Source: Podarcis pityusensis (taxonomy: Eukaryota). Taken from it: a stretch of 64,000 nt of DNA. A program made the position numbers and the translations under genes. The notes under the pieces were generated by a model. It did no database searches and was not told where the DNA came from. It was given only the letters and a program-made list of their open reading frames with translations. Where the stretch lies: NCBI GenBank assembly GCA_964106645.2, contig OZ067039.1. One strand, written 5' to 3'. Positions 26,701-36,570 of this stretch are shown piece by piece (within the stretch, counting starts at the first letter, position 1; each line of letters opens with the position of its first letter).

Positions 26701-29700
26701 AACACAAGCTCACCAAGGCAGAGAAGAAAGCAGCCAAGAAGAGCTACGAGGAAGAGAAACGTGCATCCGTCCCATACACCCGTCCGTCCTACGCTCAGTA
26801 TTACCCAGCCACTGACCAGAGCCTGACAAACATACCCGCCTTCAGTCAGAGGAACTGGTGGGTAAACCCTTTCCTTTCTGTATGTAACGTTCAAGGCGAA
26901 TGGCAAATTCTGATCTGCCCCAGCCCCTACATCTTGGCAACCATTTTCTGGCTCTTAGAACATGAGGCAAAGAAGTTAACCGGTAACTGTGAACAATTAG
27001 AGATGAGTGGGGGAAATCAAATTAAACAGCATTCTGTTCTGATGGGACAGTCAGTACAGTATTCAAAGTACAGATGGCTACATACACACATCATATAGAG
27101 TGAGCAATAAGGTACACTTTCCCCCTGAGATTTTCAGGATACTTTGATACTGATTTCTTGTTGCATTTCTTGCACCAAGTCAAATACCAAAACTGCCTAT
27201 GAAGCACCCCAGAAATTGTGGAATTTAATACGTGGTTGGGGACTCAGCCTATGTCATAAATACTCATGTAACTCCATAATCTGGAATTATTTCCTCTGCA
27301 GGCCCCTTTTCTCTGCATGTGGATTATTAAAGTGATGATGGTGTCACACATTGATTTGGGGGGGGGGTACTTTGATCCTCCAGATGACAATGAACTCCAA
27401 CCCTCAGCCAGCATAGCCAGCAGTTAGGAATGATGGGAATTGTAGTCCAAAAAATCTGGGTAGCCATATCCCTGGTGTTAGGGCATTAGGTGGACAATGG
27501 AGTGGATGGTTCCATGTTGTAGTAAGAAGCTATTGAGCCCCTTCCAACTCTGTGCTTCTGTGAAGTGCTGATTCCTTCCTTTCTCCCCCCCCCCCATAGG
27601 CGACCAAGCCTCAAAGGTGAAGAGAGGCCGGTGGCAAGTGTACGTCCCGTTCAGTCCACCCCCATTCCTATGATGCCGCGCCATGTGCCGTTGGGCAGTA
27701 TGGGATCAGCATCAGTTTCCAATCCTGGCATCAACTTTCCCATCAATTACCTGCAGCGAGCTGGTGTCCTCGTACAGAAGATTGTCACCACAACAGGTCA
27801 GTTGCTTTCCAGCTTTATTGGAAATGGAAGTTGCTGCAAAAGGGGGTCGTTAAAGTGAAATGTGTTGCCAGCCCTCTGATGTTAAAACTGACCATATAAG
27901 GCAGCTGTTGTTAATCTTTCAAGGCCAGGACTTGCCTTTTAATATGCCTGCTTTTGATTAGTTATACCTGCATGCCCATCTCTTATTTTTGCCCTAGGAA
28001 TATCAGGGCTCCTGTACCTTTAATAGCTGCACAGGAGATGGAATTTTGGTAGATGCTGCTTGTCATGCAAGCAAGAGAAAATATTTGTCTTTTGAAAATT
28101 CCATCTTTTGCACAGCCATTAAAGGTACTAGAGGTCTGTGTGCTTTCCAACCGTCCTCTTAAAAACAAAATAAAATATCTGGAAAGAGAGAGAAAATGAT
28201 AGTGATGCCACTGCTGCAACATACTTTAGGTGAGTCTTGCTTGGCGTGACTCGCTTGTGGATCTCAACCCACCAGCTGAAGACCAGAGGTATAGGGTTAT
28301 GAGTATTCACTCCCAGAAGTAAAAAAATTTCCTCATACACTTATTTTGAAAAGTAAATAAATACTGCTTTCACATTTTACGGAGTGCATTTCAGCTTTTG
28401 TTTAACTGGTGGCCCTGCAGTCCAAAAACTGAGCCAGATGCTTGGAAGCATTTACAGTGGTGCCTCGCAAGACGAAATTAATCCGTTCCGCGAGTGTCTT
28501 CGTCTAGCGGTTTTTTCGTCTTGCGAAGCAACCCTATTAGCGGCTTAACGGATTAGCGCTATTAGCGGTTTAGCGGCTATTAAAGGCTTAAAGGCTTAGC
28601 GGATTAGCTGCTAAAAGGCTATTAAAGTCTTAGCAGCTTAGATAAAGGGGGGGGGGGGTGAAAAAAAAATCTCAAGACTCGCAAGACATTTTTGTCTTGC
28701 GAAGCAAGCCCATAGGGGAATTCGTCCTGCGAAGCAACTCCAAAACGGAAAACCCTTTCGTCTAGCGGTTTTTCCGTCTTGCGAGGCATTCGTCTTGCGG
28801 GGCACCACTGTATTCACTTGTATTCTGGCTGAATTTTCCTTTGTAAATGTACACAATGTGTCACATATGTACTGTTTGCTCCAATTCAGATATAGTGATC
28901 CCTGGTACAAACACTTCCACTGACGTGCAGGCAAGGATCAGTGCTGGAGAGAGCATCCACATTATCCGTGGAACTAAAGGTAAATAAAAAGAGCCCGTCT
29001 TTCTTGGGCAAAGAAAATGTGTATCCATTTCTCAGTTTTTCTTTTATGATTTGAGATTGGTGAGGGGGCTGCTATGTTTTTGTATAGATAGGCAAGAAGA
29101 GGAGGCAAACTGTGTCACTACAGAGGTGTTAGGGAATCTACTACTGCAATAAATGCCTTTGAACCCTAGTTCAGAAACCCCTTATCTCTCATTCAAACTG
29201 ACCAGGGTCAGGCACACACAGAGTTTGTTCCTCATGACCTTTGTTTGTGATTGACTGTTTAGTCTAACACATGGTGATATCACTCAGGAGGTCGTAATTG
29301 TCAGCTTCACAATTTTATCCTGGAATCTGAACAAGGAAATAAGAGTGTTGATGCTGTGTCTTTGTAGGAAGTTGACGAGCAAAGCTTTTCTTTCAAAACT
29401 TTACTTGCAATGTCTAGCGCGTGTAGGCAGTGCAGAAAGTGAAGGCGATTCTCTGTAATGTTAAACATAAAGGCGCCCTATTCAGCTGGTCATAAGTTTT
29501 CTTCTGGCTTACCTCTGACAACGTCCACCCATCTCTCATTTAGGGACATATATCCGGACCAGCGATGGACGAATCTTTGCTATTCGCACCACTGGCAAGC
29601 CAAAGGGCAGTGATGATCATCGCATGGTTGCCTCGGGTAAGGTGCTTATTCTGGCAAGGATGTCTGACGGAGTTTTTCTTTAGGGATATCCTTTGGGGGT

Positions 29701-31469
29701 TTTAATTTATTTATTCATAACCCTCTCTTTTGGTTTAACAAACTCTCGGAAATAACTTACAATGTCAGCATAGGAAGCTGCCTTAAACTCAGTCAGACAA
29801 TTCATAGAATTGTAGAGCTGAAAGGGAGCACTAGGATCATCTAGTCTAAGCTGCTGCAATGCAGGGATCTTTTGCCCAACACGAGGCTTGAATCCACAAC
29901 CCTAAGATTATGCTCTACCAGCTGAGCTATCCCTCGTTTGTTTATTTAGGTCAGTATTCCCTACTCTGGGTGGCAGCAGCTCTCCAGGGTTTCAAACAGG
30001 GTCTCTCCCAGCCCTGCATGGAGACACCAGGGATTGAACCTGGAACCCTATGCATGAAAAACAGATGCTCTACTACTAAGCCACAGCTCTTTGCCTAAAA
30101 TAAAGAAATACTAAGAGCTAAAACAAAATACAGACATTAGGCATTCAAATAACAGAATGCAGCTAATTAGCAGGTTAAACATCACATCTTAAAAAGCAAG
30201 CATTTTTTTAAAGTGTCGAACAGATATCTAAAAACGAGAAGGGGCCTGGCAAATTGCCGTGGGGAAACTACTGCCTAGTCTTGTAGCCAATGCTAGAAGC
30301 CTATCTCTCAAGTACCTCTCATGCCTCTCAGGCTCTTGCAAAAGATGGGCAGAGTAGAGCTCCCCAGGTTGATCTTAAGCAGAGGGCAGATTCAGGCCAT
30401 CTTTTCCAGCACCCTAGTTCTGCCTCTTGTTACTTCCCTGGTCTTATCTACTGATGTGCCTCTGTCGTTCACAGGATCCCAAGGGCCATCTCTGGAATCC
30501 ACAAGCAACGGCCGGCATAATGCCTCCTCACCCAAGCTTCCCAACACAGAGGAGCTCACTCGGCCGATCTCCCCCGACAGCCCCGAAATCATCAGCGAAC
30601 TGCAACAGTATGCGGAGGCGGCTGCCGCCCGTGAGTCCAGACACAACTCCCCTAGCACTAACACGGCACCCGGACACCCAGCCCGGAAAGACAACACGGC
30701 CCCATTAGCAGCTCGTGGAACTGAGCAGCAGCGAGCAGGGACTCGTGGTACGGCTCCCTCGTCCTCTTCAGCCCTGCCGGCCACCAGCCACCACGGTGAC
30801 AACCACTCCGTGCTGGACTTAAGAGGCAACAAGCGCAAGTCCACGTCGCCTTCCGGCCCGGAGGAGCAGGCCCATCGGCAGCAGAAGAAGCGGCCTCTGC
30901 CCACAGCAGTCCAGCCATATGAAAGTGGGTACCCTGTCTCTGGTGGGTTCACCATGCCCTCTGTTCCCTTAAACCACAACCTAGCCCACCCATTTCCTCC
31001 CCAAGCAGGCAACTCCTTGTACATGAGCACAGGCTCCTCCTATTACCAGCTGCCTAGCTTGCTCTCAGACCCCCACCTGGTGTTTCCTGTGACTACTGAC
31101 CCTCTGCTGACAGCCGGCACTGCTAGTTCCTCTGCTGCTACCTCAGCCACCGCCAGCGTCCCCTCTTTCATGTTAAACCCCTCCATGACGGGGATGCTCT
31201 CCAACTACTCGCTGCCCTTCACGCAGTCACTCCTGCCTGAGCCCAGGATGTTTGCTCCTTTTCCATCCCCAGTCTTGCCCAGCAGCCTTCCCAGGAGCAT
31301 GGCGTCTGCCTATCCTGGCTTCATGTCCCCTCATTCAGGATATCCAGCTGGGAGCCTCCTTCGGTCCCAGGTGCCTCCGTTTGACACCCACGAGGTCTCT
31401 GAGGTGGGCTGCAGCTCCAACGAGGATGAGGACAAAGATGACGATGTAATAGAGATCACGGGGAAGTAA
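9522..31469 (+). CDS. RAD54L2: RAD54L2 / ARIP4 helicase-like SNF2-family ATPase, 20 coding exons (5' partial; first coding exon upstream of window)
   Basis: Spliced translation has motif [14 protein letters not shown], motif [10 protein letters not shown], motif [12 protein letters not shown], HELICc [25 protein letters not shown], and the ARIP4 C-terminus [10 protein letters not shown]. All 19 introns are GT-AG and phases are consistent. Confidence 0.98.
10134..10630. mobile_element. Tc1/mariner-type MITE, longer and degraded
   Basis: TA|CAGTGGTACCTTGGTT at left; degenerate AACCAAGTGCCAATG|TA at right. Confidence 0.65.
11346..11485 (+). CDS. RAD54L2: RAD54L2 exon B (140 nt)
   Basis: ttcag|G...CCAG|gtaaac; [27 protein letters not shown]. 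Confidence 0.96.
11767..12135 (+). mobile_element. Sauria/Squam1-type tRNA-derived SINE
   Basis: GGGATGCGAGTGGCGCTGTGG head, B-box GGTTCGAATC, GTGCAAGTAGATAAATAGGTAC core, CCTTTA tail; similar to 24630 and 26171. Confidence 0.85.
12886..13020 (+). CDS. RAD54L2: RAD54L2 exon C (135 nt)
   Basis: tttag|AG...GATG|gtaaaa; EEIALR...[14 protein letters not shown]. Confidence 0.93.
14111..14343 (+). CDS. RAD54L2: RAD54L2 exon D (233 nt)
   Basis: ttacag|AA...CAG|gtactg; [11 protein letters not shown]...LARAVKPHQ. Confidence 0.96.
14541..14723 (+). CDS. RAD54L2: RAD54L2 exon E (183 nt, Walker A)
   Basis: ttctag|ATT...CCC|gtaagt; [11 protein letters not shown]...[13 protein letters not shown]. Confidence 0.97.
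15199..15332 (+). CDS. RAD54L2: RAD54L2 exon F (134 nt)
   Basis: ttacag|GTA...AA|gtaagt; [16 protein letters not shown]. Confidence 0.96.
15857..16030. mobile_element. Tc1/mariner-type MITE, family B
   Basis: TA|CAGGGGACCCTCTGG...CCAGAGGGTCCACTG|TA. Confidence 0.8.
17048..17244 (+). CDS. RAD54L2: RAD54L2 exon G (197 nt)
   Basis: ctacag|G...AAAG|gttcag; [14 protein letters not shown]...VIIDLDEED. Confidence 0.94.
17644..17986 (+). CDS. RAD54L2: RAD54L2 exon H (343 nt, DEGH box)
   Basis: attcag|GA...AAAG|gtgagt; [15 protein letters not shown]. Confidence 0.97.
18206..18243. repeat. (ATT)n microsatellite
   Basis: Seen directly. Confidence 0.9.
19430..19620. mobile_element. Old LINE (L2/CR1-like) 3'-end remnant; related copies at ~48752-48915 and ~59370-59725
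   Basis: Shared TGCTGGATCAGGCC / CATCTAGTCCAGCA / CACAGTGGCCAA blocks across the copies; family assignment tentative. Confidence 0.55.
19852..20029 (+). CDS. RAD54L2: RAD54L2 exon I (178 nt)
   Basis: ttgtag|G...AAG|gtatgt; [11 protein letters not shown]...[12 protein letters not shown]. Confidence 0.96.
20537..20788 (+). CDS. RAD54L2: RAD54L2 exon J (252 nt)
   Basis: tttcag|ATC...TGG|gtgagt; [15 protein letters not shown]...VVTYEW. Confidence 0.96.
21349..21467 (+). CDS. RAD54L2: RAD54L2 exon K (119 nt; not in ORF track)
   Basis: ccacag|GCG...TCAG|gtacgg; [40 protein letters not shown]. Confidence 0.95.
21831..22053. mobile_element. Penelope-like element derivative forming a perfect inverted repeat
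   Basis: 94-bp arms 21831-21924 and 21929-22022; CTGAAGAAG...CGAAAGCT motif typical of PLE ends; flanking duplication TCACCTATGCCTAGT (21820-21834, 22054-22068). Confidence 0.75.
22873..22991 (+). CDS. RAD54L2: RAD54L2 exon L (119 nt; not in ORF track)
   Basis: ttgcag|C...ATC|gtaagt; [16 protein letters not shown]...WVRNVNYY. Confidence 0.95.
23354..23453 (+). CDS. RAD54L2: RAD54L2 exon M (100 nt)
   Basis: gggtag|GT...ACG|gtaagt; [19 protein letters not shown]. Confidence 0.95.
23674..23712. repeat. (TG)n microsatellite
   Basis: Seen directly. Confidence 0.9.
24212..24417 (+). CDS. RAD54L2: RAD54L2 exon N (206 nt, motifs V-VI)
   Basis: ttttag|A...CAG|gtgggt; [14 protein letters not shown]...[11 protein letters not shown]. 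Confidence 0.97.
24630..24982 (+). mobile_element. Sauria/Squam1-type SINE, full length, abutting the exon O acceptor
   Basis: GGGACGCGGGTGGCGCTGTGG...CCCTTTACCTT; probable TSD TATG(T/C)TTTATTTA. Confidence 0.9.
24997..25172 (+). CDS. RAD54L2: RAD54L2 exon O (176 nt)
   Basis: atttag|AT...AAG|gttagg; [13 protein letters not shown]...YPHLITK. Confidence 0.95.
25688..25858. mobile_element. Tc1/mariner-type MITE, family B (inverted relative to 15857)
   Basis: TA|CAGTGGTACCTCCGG...CCAGAGGTGCTACTG|TA. Confidence 0.8.
26171..26531 (+). mobile_element. Sauria/Squam1-type SINE, full length
   Basis: Same consensus; 12-bp TSD TGGATAGGTTAC (26155-26166, 26532-26543). Confidence 0.9.
26661..26857 (+). 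CDS. RAD54L2: RAD54L2 exon P (197 nt)
   Basis: ccacag|GAG...CTG|gtgggt; EPFEHESLL...PAFSQRNW. Confidence 0.95.
27600..27796 (+). CDS. RAD54L2: RAD54L2 exon Q (197 nt)
   Basis: ccatag|G...CAG|gtcagt; [17 protein letters not shown]...VQKIVTTT. Confidence 0.95.
28455..28810. mobile_element. Tc1/mariner-type MITE, family C, CpG-rich
   Basis: TA|CAGTGGTGCCTCGCAAGACGAA...TTCGTCTTGCGGGGCACCACTG|TA; internal TTAGCGG micro-repeats. Confidence 0.87.
28890..28979 (+). CDS. RAD54L2: RAD54L2 exon R (90 nt; not in ORF track)
   Basis: attcag|AT...AAG|gtaaat; [30 protein letters not shown]. Confidence 0.94.
29544..29636 (+). CDS. RAD54L2: RAD54L2 exon S (93 nt; not in ORF track)
   Basis: atttag|GG...CGG|gtaagg; [21 protein letters not shown]. 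Confidence 0.94.
29768..30090 (-). mobile_element. Squam3-type SINE interrupted by a second SINE
   Basis: Reverse complement reads GCTGTGGCTTAGTAGTAGAGCATCTG...GGTTCAATCCCTGG...GGCAGCTTCCTATG. Confidence 0.7.
29803..29933 (-). mobile_element. SINE with tRNA-like head and CR1-type tail, nested in the Squam3-type copy
   Basis: Reverse complement reads GGGATAGCTCAGCTGGTAGAGC...CTGCATTGCAG...CTCTACAATTCTATG. Confidence 0.7.
30475..31469 (+). CDS. RAD54L2: RAD54L2 last coding exon T (995 nt to TAA)
   Basis: tcacag|GA; [10 protein letters not shown]...[15 protein letters not shown]...[15 protein letters not shown]. Confidence 0.96.
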
Positions 31470-34400
31470 GGGGCCTAGTCTCTTGTTAGAGCTCAACTCG
31501 GCCGGCAGGCAAAAATAAATAAACAAAAAACAAAATCCTCACTGGACCTTTCTGGGGCCAAGGGTTTCCATCCGGGACACAGCAGAGGTGGAGGAGACTG
31601 GAAAGGAAGGTGGCGTTTTTAGTTGTCCGAGATCTGCATTGTATGGGGAACTGTATTGAATGGACACCCACCCAAGAGTGGGGAAGCAAGAGAGTTGCAG
31701 GAGGGAAGTAATACTGTAAACCATAGGAGTGCCTCCTTGACTTTCCCTCCTGCGCTCTGAGTTGTCCAAAAGGGAGACCTGCCATTACGTTTCAGTGCCC
31801 TTTGTTAGGCTGGAGACACTGGTTTGTTGTTTTCTCTCTCTCTCTTTGTCTGTGGAATAACTCTCAAACACGAACTGCCTTATCTGTGAAAGTTCAGTAC
31901 CCCATAGTAAATAGGGGGTGAGTTTGTACCCTAGGAGACATGATGATGAATAGCATTGTTAATGGAGGGAGGGAGGCGGGTTTGGAAGGAGCAGGCAATA
32001 TGTGATGTGTAGGTGGGAGGGTGTGGGTGGGGCAGGGTCTATGTGAAAACCAGTTTTGTCTTTCATCCATCTGAAAGCTGAAGACAGGTGAGTCTGGTGG
32101 TCTTCACCAGGCCCTCATCAGGTGGTATCGGGAGTAAGGGAGAAGCGATGATGGGGTGCAGCTCTCCTGCTGCTTTCCCCACGAGATGCATTTGAAGGCA
32201 GGGACCTTTGTTGGCTCAGCTTCACACTGGCTTCTTCAGCAGGGTTGGGTTAGGACTTGTACCAGTCTTTTAGTGAGGTAGTGCTCAGTGGAGGAATTGC
32301 GAGGATTTTCCTCCGTCCCTCTCTAGCTTTGTGTAGTGGTTACTCTCCCTCTGCCACCCCACCCACTACCGAGGAGCGAGTAGAAGAAAGCTTAGCAGTC
32401 AGGCTCCTGTTGACCACAGTAAGTCAAACGTCTTACAAAAGGGATGCGCTCGAGAGCCTTGCTGCTGTCTGTGTTAATTGTTGACACTGATCTGACTGAC
32501 CTTCTCCTTCTGCAGAACAGATTTGTTAATTTATTTAACGAAAACAAACTATTTATTTTAGGATTCTCTTTCCTTTTCTGCTTTTTCCTTGCTGTAAACA
32601 ATGGCCTCTACTGAAAGCAGGATGGTCTGCATGGGGAAGAATTGGGGATGGTGAATAGGCTGCTTGACCAAAGCAGAGGCAGTGTGCAGGACCAAGAGAC
32701 AGCACCCCCCCAGTCAGCTTCCCACACTTGTTCAGCTGATAAAACATCTAACAGCCCCTATATTCCTTGTCCCTCTTCAGCTGAACATGCAGCAACACTG
32801 CAAGGTGGTTACTTCGTTGTCAGCTGGAACCCTGCTTGGTGTCTAGCATTCTCCCTTGTACTAAGTAACAGTTAAACTTGCCTTCCACGTTTGTTGGAGA
32901 GGTTGGTTACGCAAGCAGGATCCCACCACTTAAGTGGATCGTGAGTAAGAAAGTAGTCAAGCCATTGGAGAGGCATGTCCTCTACACTGTGACTAGGCTC
33001 TGGTCCATGCTTGCTCTGTTTATATGTTGCCACAAGGGTGTATAAGGAGAAGCTGTGAGCTCTCATAGCAGGCTTAATGAAGGGAGTGAGTTCCATGGTT
33101 TAGGCAGAAAGACCAGTGTCTGTCTTTCTGCTGGGGGATGGGTTACATATAACAGAGACAGTGGAATGGCACCCAGAGTCTCTCTTATAAAGTGGAACCA
33201 GGTACTCTCTTCAGGCTTTTAAAGAATTGCCATTCCAGGGGAAAGAGGGCAAGCACTGCATGTCCATGGCAGGGAACGAGTGAGAGGGTTACCAGCCCCC
33301 TGTGCTAAGGAAGCCTTTTCAGGATAGTGGTGAATGAAACCCCATTCTCACCTTACCTTTGTTAGGTGGTTAAAACTGCCCCCTCCTCATATGGAAACCT
33401 CTCCATCCTACAGAATTTGAGAATTCAGCCTTTGCCACACTGTTTGAGGTCTACCAAGACCCACAGTTCAAGAGGTAGTGGCTAGGTGATCCACATATTG
33501 GTTCTGAAAGCTCTCTCTGTGTATGTGTGTGTGTGTGCGTGCGCGCTTGTATGAACCGTAAAAAGCATGAAATGATGGGCTTCCTGTCTTTTCTCTGTTT
33601 ATGGGACACTGTCTGTCAGACCTGACTTCACCATTCGTAGAAGCCTTAGATTTACAGTTAGCTATGCAAATTACTTTTAATTATTTTAAAATAAAAACAT
33701 TAAAATAGTGCTTTCTTCTTTAACATATCCTAGGAGTTGAAAACCGAGGGGTTCTGAGCAAACTTCTGGACAACTTGTCTTTGGATGCACCATGGGAATA
33801 AAAAACAAACAAACACAACCCCCCCACAAAAATAACAAAGCAAATTAACTGATGGTGTCCATTCGCGTTTCTCCAAAGACTTGGCCATGGTACGTCTGTG
33901 AGTCATCCCCTTTTGTGATTTGTATGTGTCCACCTCATACAAAATATGATGACACTGATTGTACTGTAAACTCACTCAGCTGTCTTTTGCAACCCTCGAT
34001 AAGTGGACTTGGGGACCGGATGGTAGGCAAGGTGGGTTCTTGCTTGAGCAGCAAGGTTTTAGAGCTGCTGAAGGCTAAGCCATTTTTGGAGAAGGATGTC
34101 ATTACTTTAGGCTTCAGGCAGGCTCAGTCTTCAGTGTGTTGGTTTGGGGCAGCATAGCTAATGATAACCTGAGATATCTTGCCAGCTCCTGTCCTCATTT
34201 TAACTGAGTAACAAATTTTGACAGGACAGGCTGATATGCTCTGTCCATTACTTCAAACAGTGCTTCCTTCTGATTCTCTTGTTCCTTTTGAAGAATATAC
34301 AAAGGGCTCAGGAGGGGTCACTGGACTAGGCAGGTTTTTAGCTCATCCTCACTGTAATAGAGGGAATAGATACATCTGGGATTAAGTAAACTAGGCCTTG

Positions 34401-34601
34401 TAACCACCTTTTAAATAGGAATGGGAGGTAGCTATTAGCTGTAGAAAATGGTGTGTACACCTGTAATTTACTACTCTGGCCACTGGATGGCAGTGTTGCA
34501 TCACATGGATTATTTAGGTTTTAAAATACCTTATTTTGAAAAACTGGCTTTTGTACTTGGTTAAGAAAGCTATAAAAATGTTACGTCTGTCTGTCTATGC
34601 A

Positions 34602-34604
<3 letters not shown>

Positions 34605-34651
<47 letters not shown>
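34605..34651. repeat. (TC)n microsatellite in the putative 3'UTR
   Basis: Seen directly. Confidence 0.9.
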
Positions 34652-34654
<3 letters not shown>

Positions 34655-36301
34655 TAATCTTCTAATGTTAGCGGAATGCTTGAGAACGTATTTGCACGAC
34701 TGACAAACTCCACTTCACCTCCCTGTCTCCCCTAATACCTTCTGTTAGACCAACCACTTTCTGTAACCTTTGGAGAGAAGTACTTTGTTGGGACAGATGC
34801 CTCTACTTCAGCAAGTGCCTGAGCTGGGTCTCTTTCCCACCTGTAGGGTGTTATACTGGTTTTGTCTCCAAGTGATTGAAACTTTCATTCCCCAGCGCTT
34901 GCTGAGAGAGAATTCCCTTGCCAACGGGAATGAAGAGAACACTCTTCCACTCTGCGTCCTTGTTGCTCCTAGAGGGCACAGTGCAGCCTCCTTCTCAAAA
35001 TGCTTCAAATCTCCCAGGTGTTCAGCGTCCCCTTATGATGCTGTGGCTTCCGACAACAGAGGGAAAGCTGCTGTGCCTTGTCTGTGAAGGGCAGAGAATG
35101 CTTGAGACAAGAGCTGGGTCAGAATGGCTTAGTGACTTTAACCTAGCAGAATATCAGAAAGGTCCCTTCCTTGATGCAGCTGTAATCCCCAGGAATGTAG
35201 TGTCCACTCAAAAGCAGCGTCTATAGTTTTGTGCTGTAGAGAGATCTCTGAATCCACCCACAGGACCTGGGCAGTCCTTGTCTCCCATATCTCCAATAAC
35301 GTTTCTTTCTCTTGCTGGTTCTTGGTTGTGTTCCTGAGGCTAACCCTGGTTGACTCTGCTTGGCCCTGTGTGACTTGCACTGCAAAATTTCAGACAACAA
35401 AAGAATTGAGGAAGGAAACTTGGGGTGTTCAGCTTTTTACAGATGCTAACACAGACCCTAGGTGCATATCCCAGGAGCCTCTGGACTGTCCTTTTTAGGC
35501 CACATTGTTCATTGGAAGGTGATTTACATATACTGTAGCATTTCTTCAACAGCTTTAGAGCAACACTATTAAGTCTTGAGTGATACAGAATGGAACTTGA
35601 CCCCTTTAATAAATGCTTAGGGGAAAGAGGTGACCTTAAACTGTGATGTTTCCTGGACCTTGATGGTACACTCTCCATTTTGCTCCAGCTTCGGGCAGCC
35701 CACAATTTTAAACTGATCACGATTTTGTTTGGACACATACTGCCTGTGATGGATGGCTTTAAATTGTTGTGGGCATAGAACTGAGGGACTTAAACCACAA
35801 CCATGGTAAGGGTTATATGTGTGTGTATATGCATGTATACTAATTTCTGGGTGCTGTCTCTTTGTCACACTTTCATACGACCAAGAGATGGAACTTGAAT
35901 GGGATTTGTCAGGTGAGAGCAGACTTGATCTTCAATCACTTTGTTTGCAATAACACTAATTCCATAGTTAAGAGGGATGAGGACAAAACACATCAGGCCT
36001 TGGGTTCAAGCACTTCCCTCTACTTTGGCACAGCCATAAGGACATTGGAAACTTCTGCTTCTGTATTAGATTAAACCACAGTTTTGGCATTATAAGTGAA
36101 AGCTAAGCTACTTTATCTTAATTAATGTTAAGAAAAGGCAACTTCTTAAACTGTGGTTTGTCTCAACAACTATGGTTTATTTGTCTTGAGTTTGATCTAC
36201 AGGGAAAGCTGTAGTTAATTTAAAATGGAAGTGAAAGCAGGCATGGCAGGGGAATAACGAGAGCCCAAGGATCACCCAGTTGCAGTGTCATTGCCCTGAA
36301 G

Positions 36302-36570
36302 CAGGGGTGGGAAACCCCTTTTTGTCCTCTAATGGCCACATTCCCTCAGGAGTAATTTGTTGGGGGTCATATGCCAAACTTGGGTAGGCCAGAGCGAAAT
36401 GGGGGATGAGGCCAAGGGAGCAACCAACTGCTCTCGCTAGAGGTATAAAGCAATAGCTGGCAGGTGGCTCCTTTCATTTCATCTGTTTTGGCTCCCCTGC
36501 CCCCCACCATCCCTTCCCTTCCTTCAGCCCACCAGAAATTAGGCTGAGGGACCCAGGTTCCCAACCCATA
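36302..36570. mobile_element. Degraded hAT-type MITE (similar remnants near 6396 and 8605-9064)
   Basis: CAGGGGTGGGAAAC...GGTTCCCAACCC ends. Confidence 0.5.

Noticed and set aside
29870-29933. tRNA gene
   Set aside because: Degenerate tRNA-like head fused to a CR1-type tail, so it is a SINE.
30321-30474. In-frame upstream extension of the 382-aa ORF
   Set aside because: Intronic; homology to RAD54L2 starts at the acceptor at 30474/30475.
30392-31030. 212-aa antisense ORF
   Set aside because: Shadow of the GC-rich RAD54L2 last exon, with no recognisable domain.
34488-34510. TGGCAGTGT (miR-34/449-like 5' end)
   Set aside because: No complementary arm to form a pre-miRNA hairpin.
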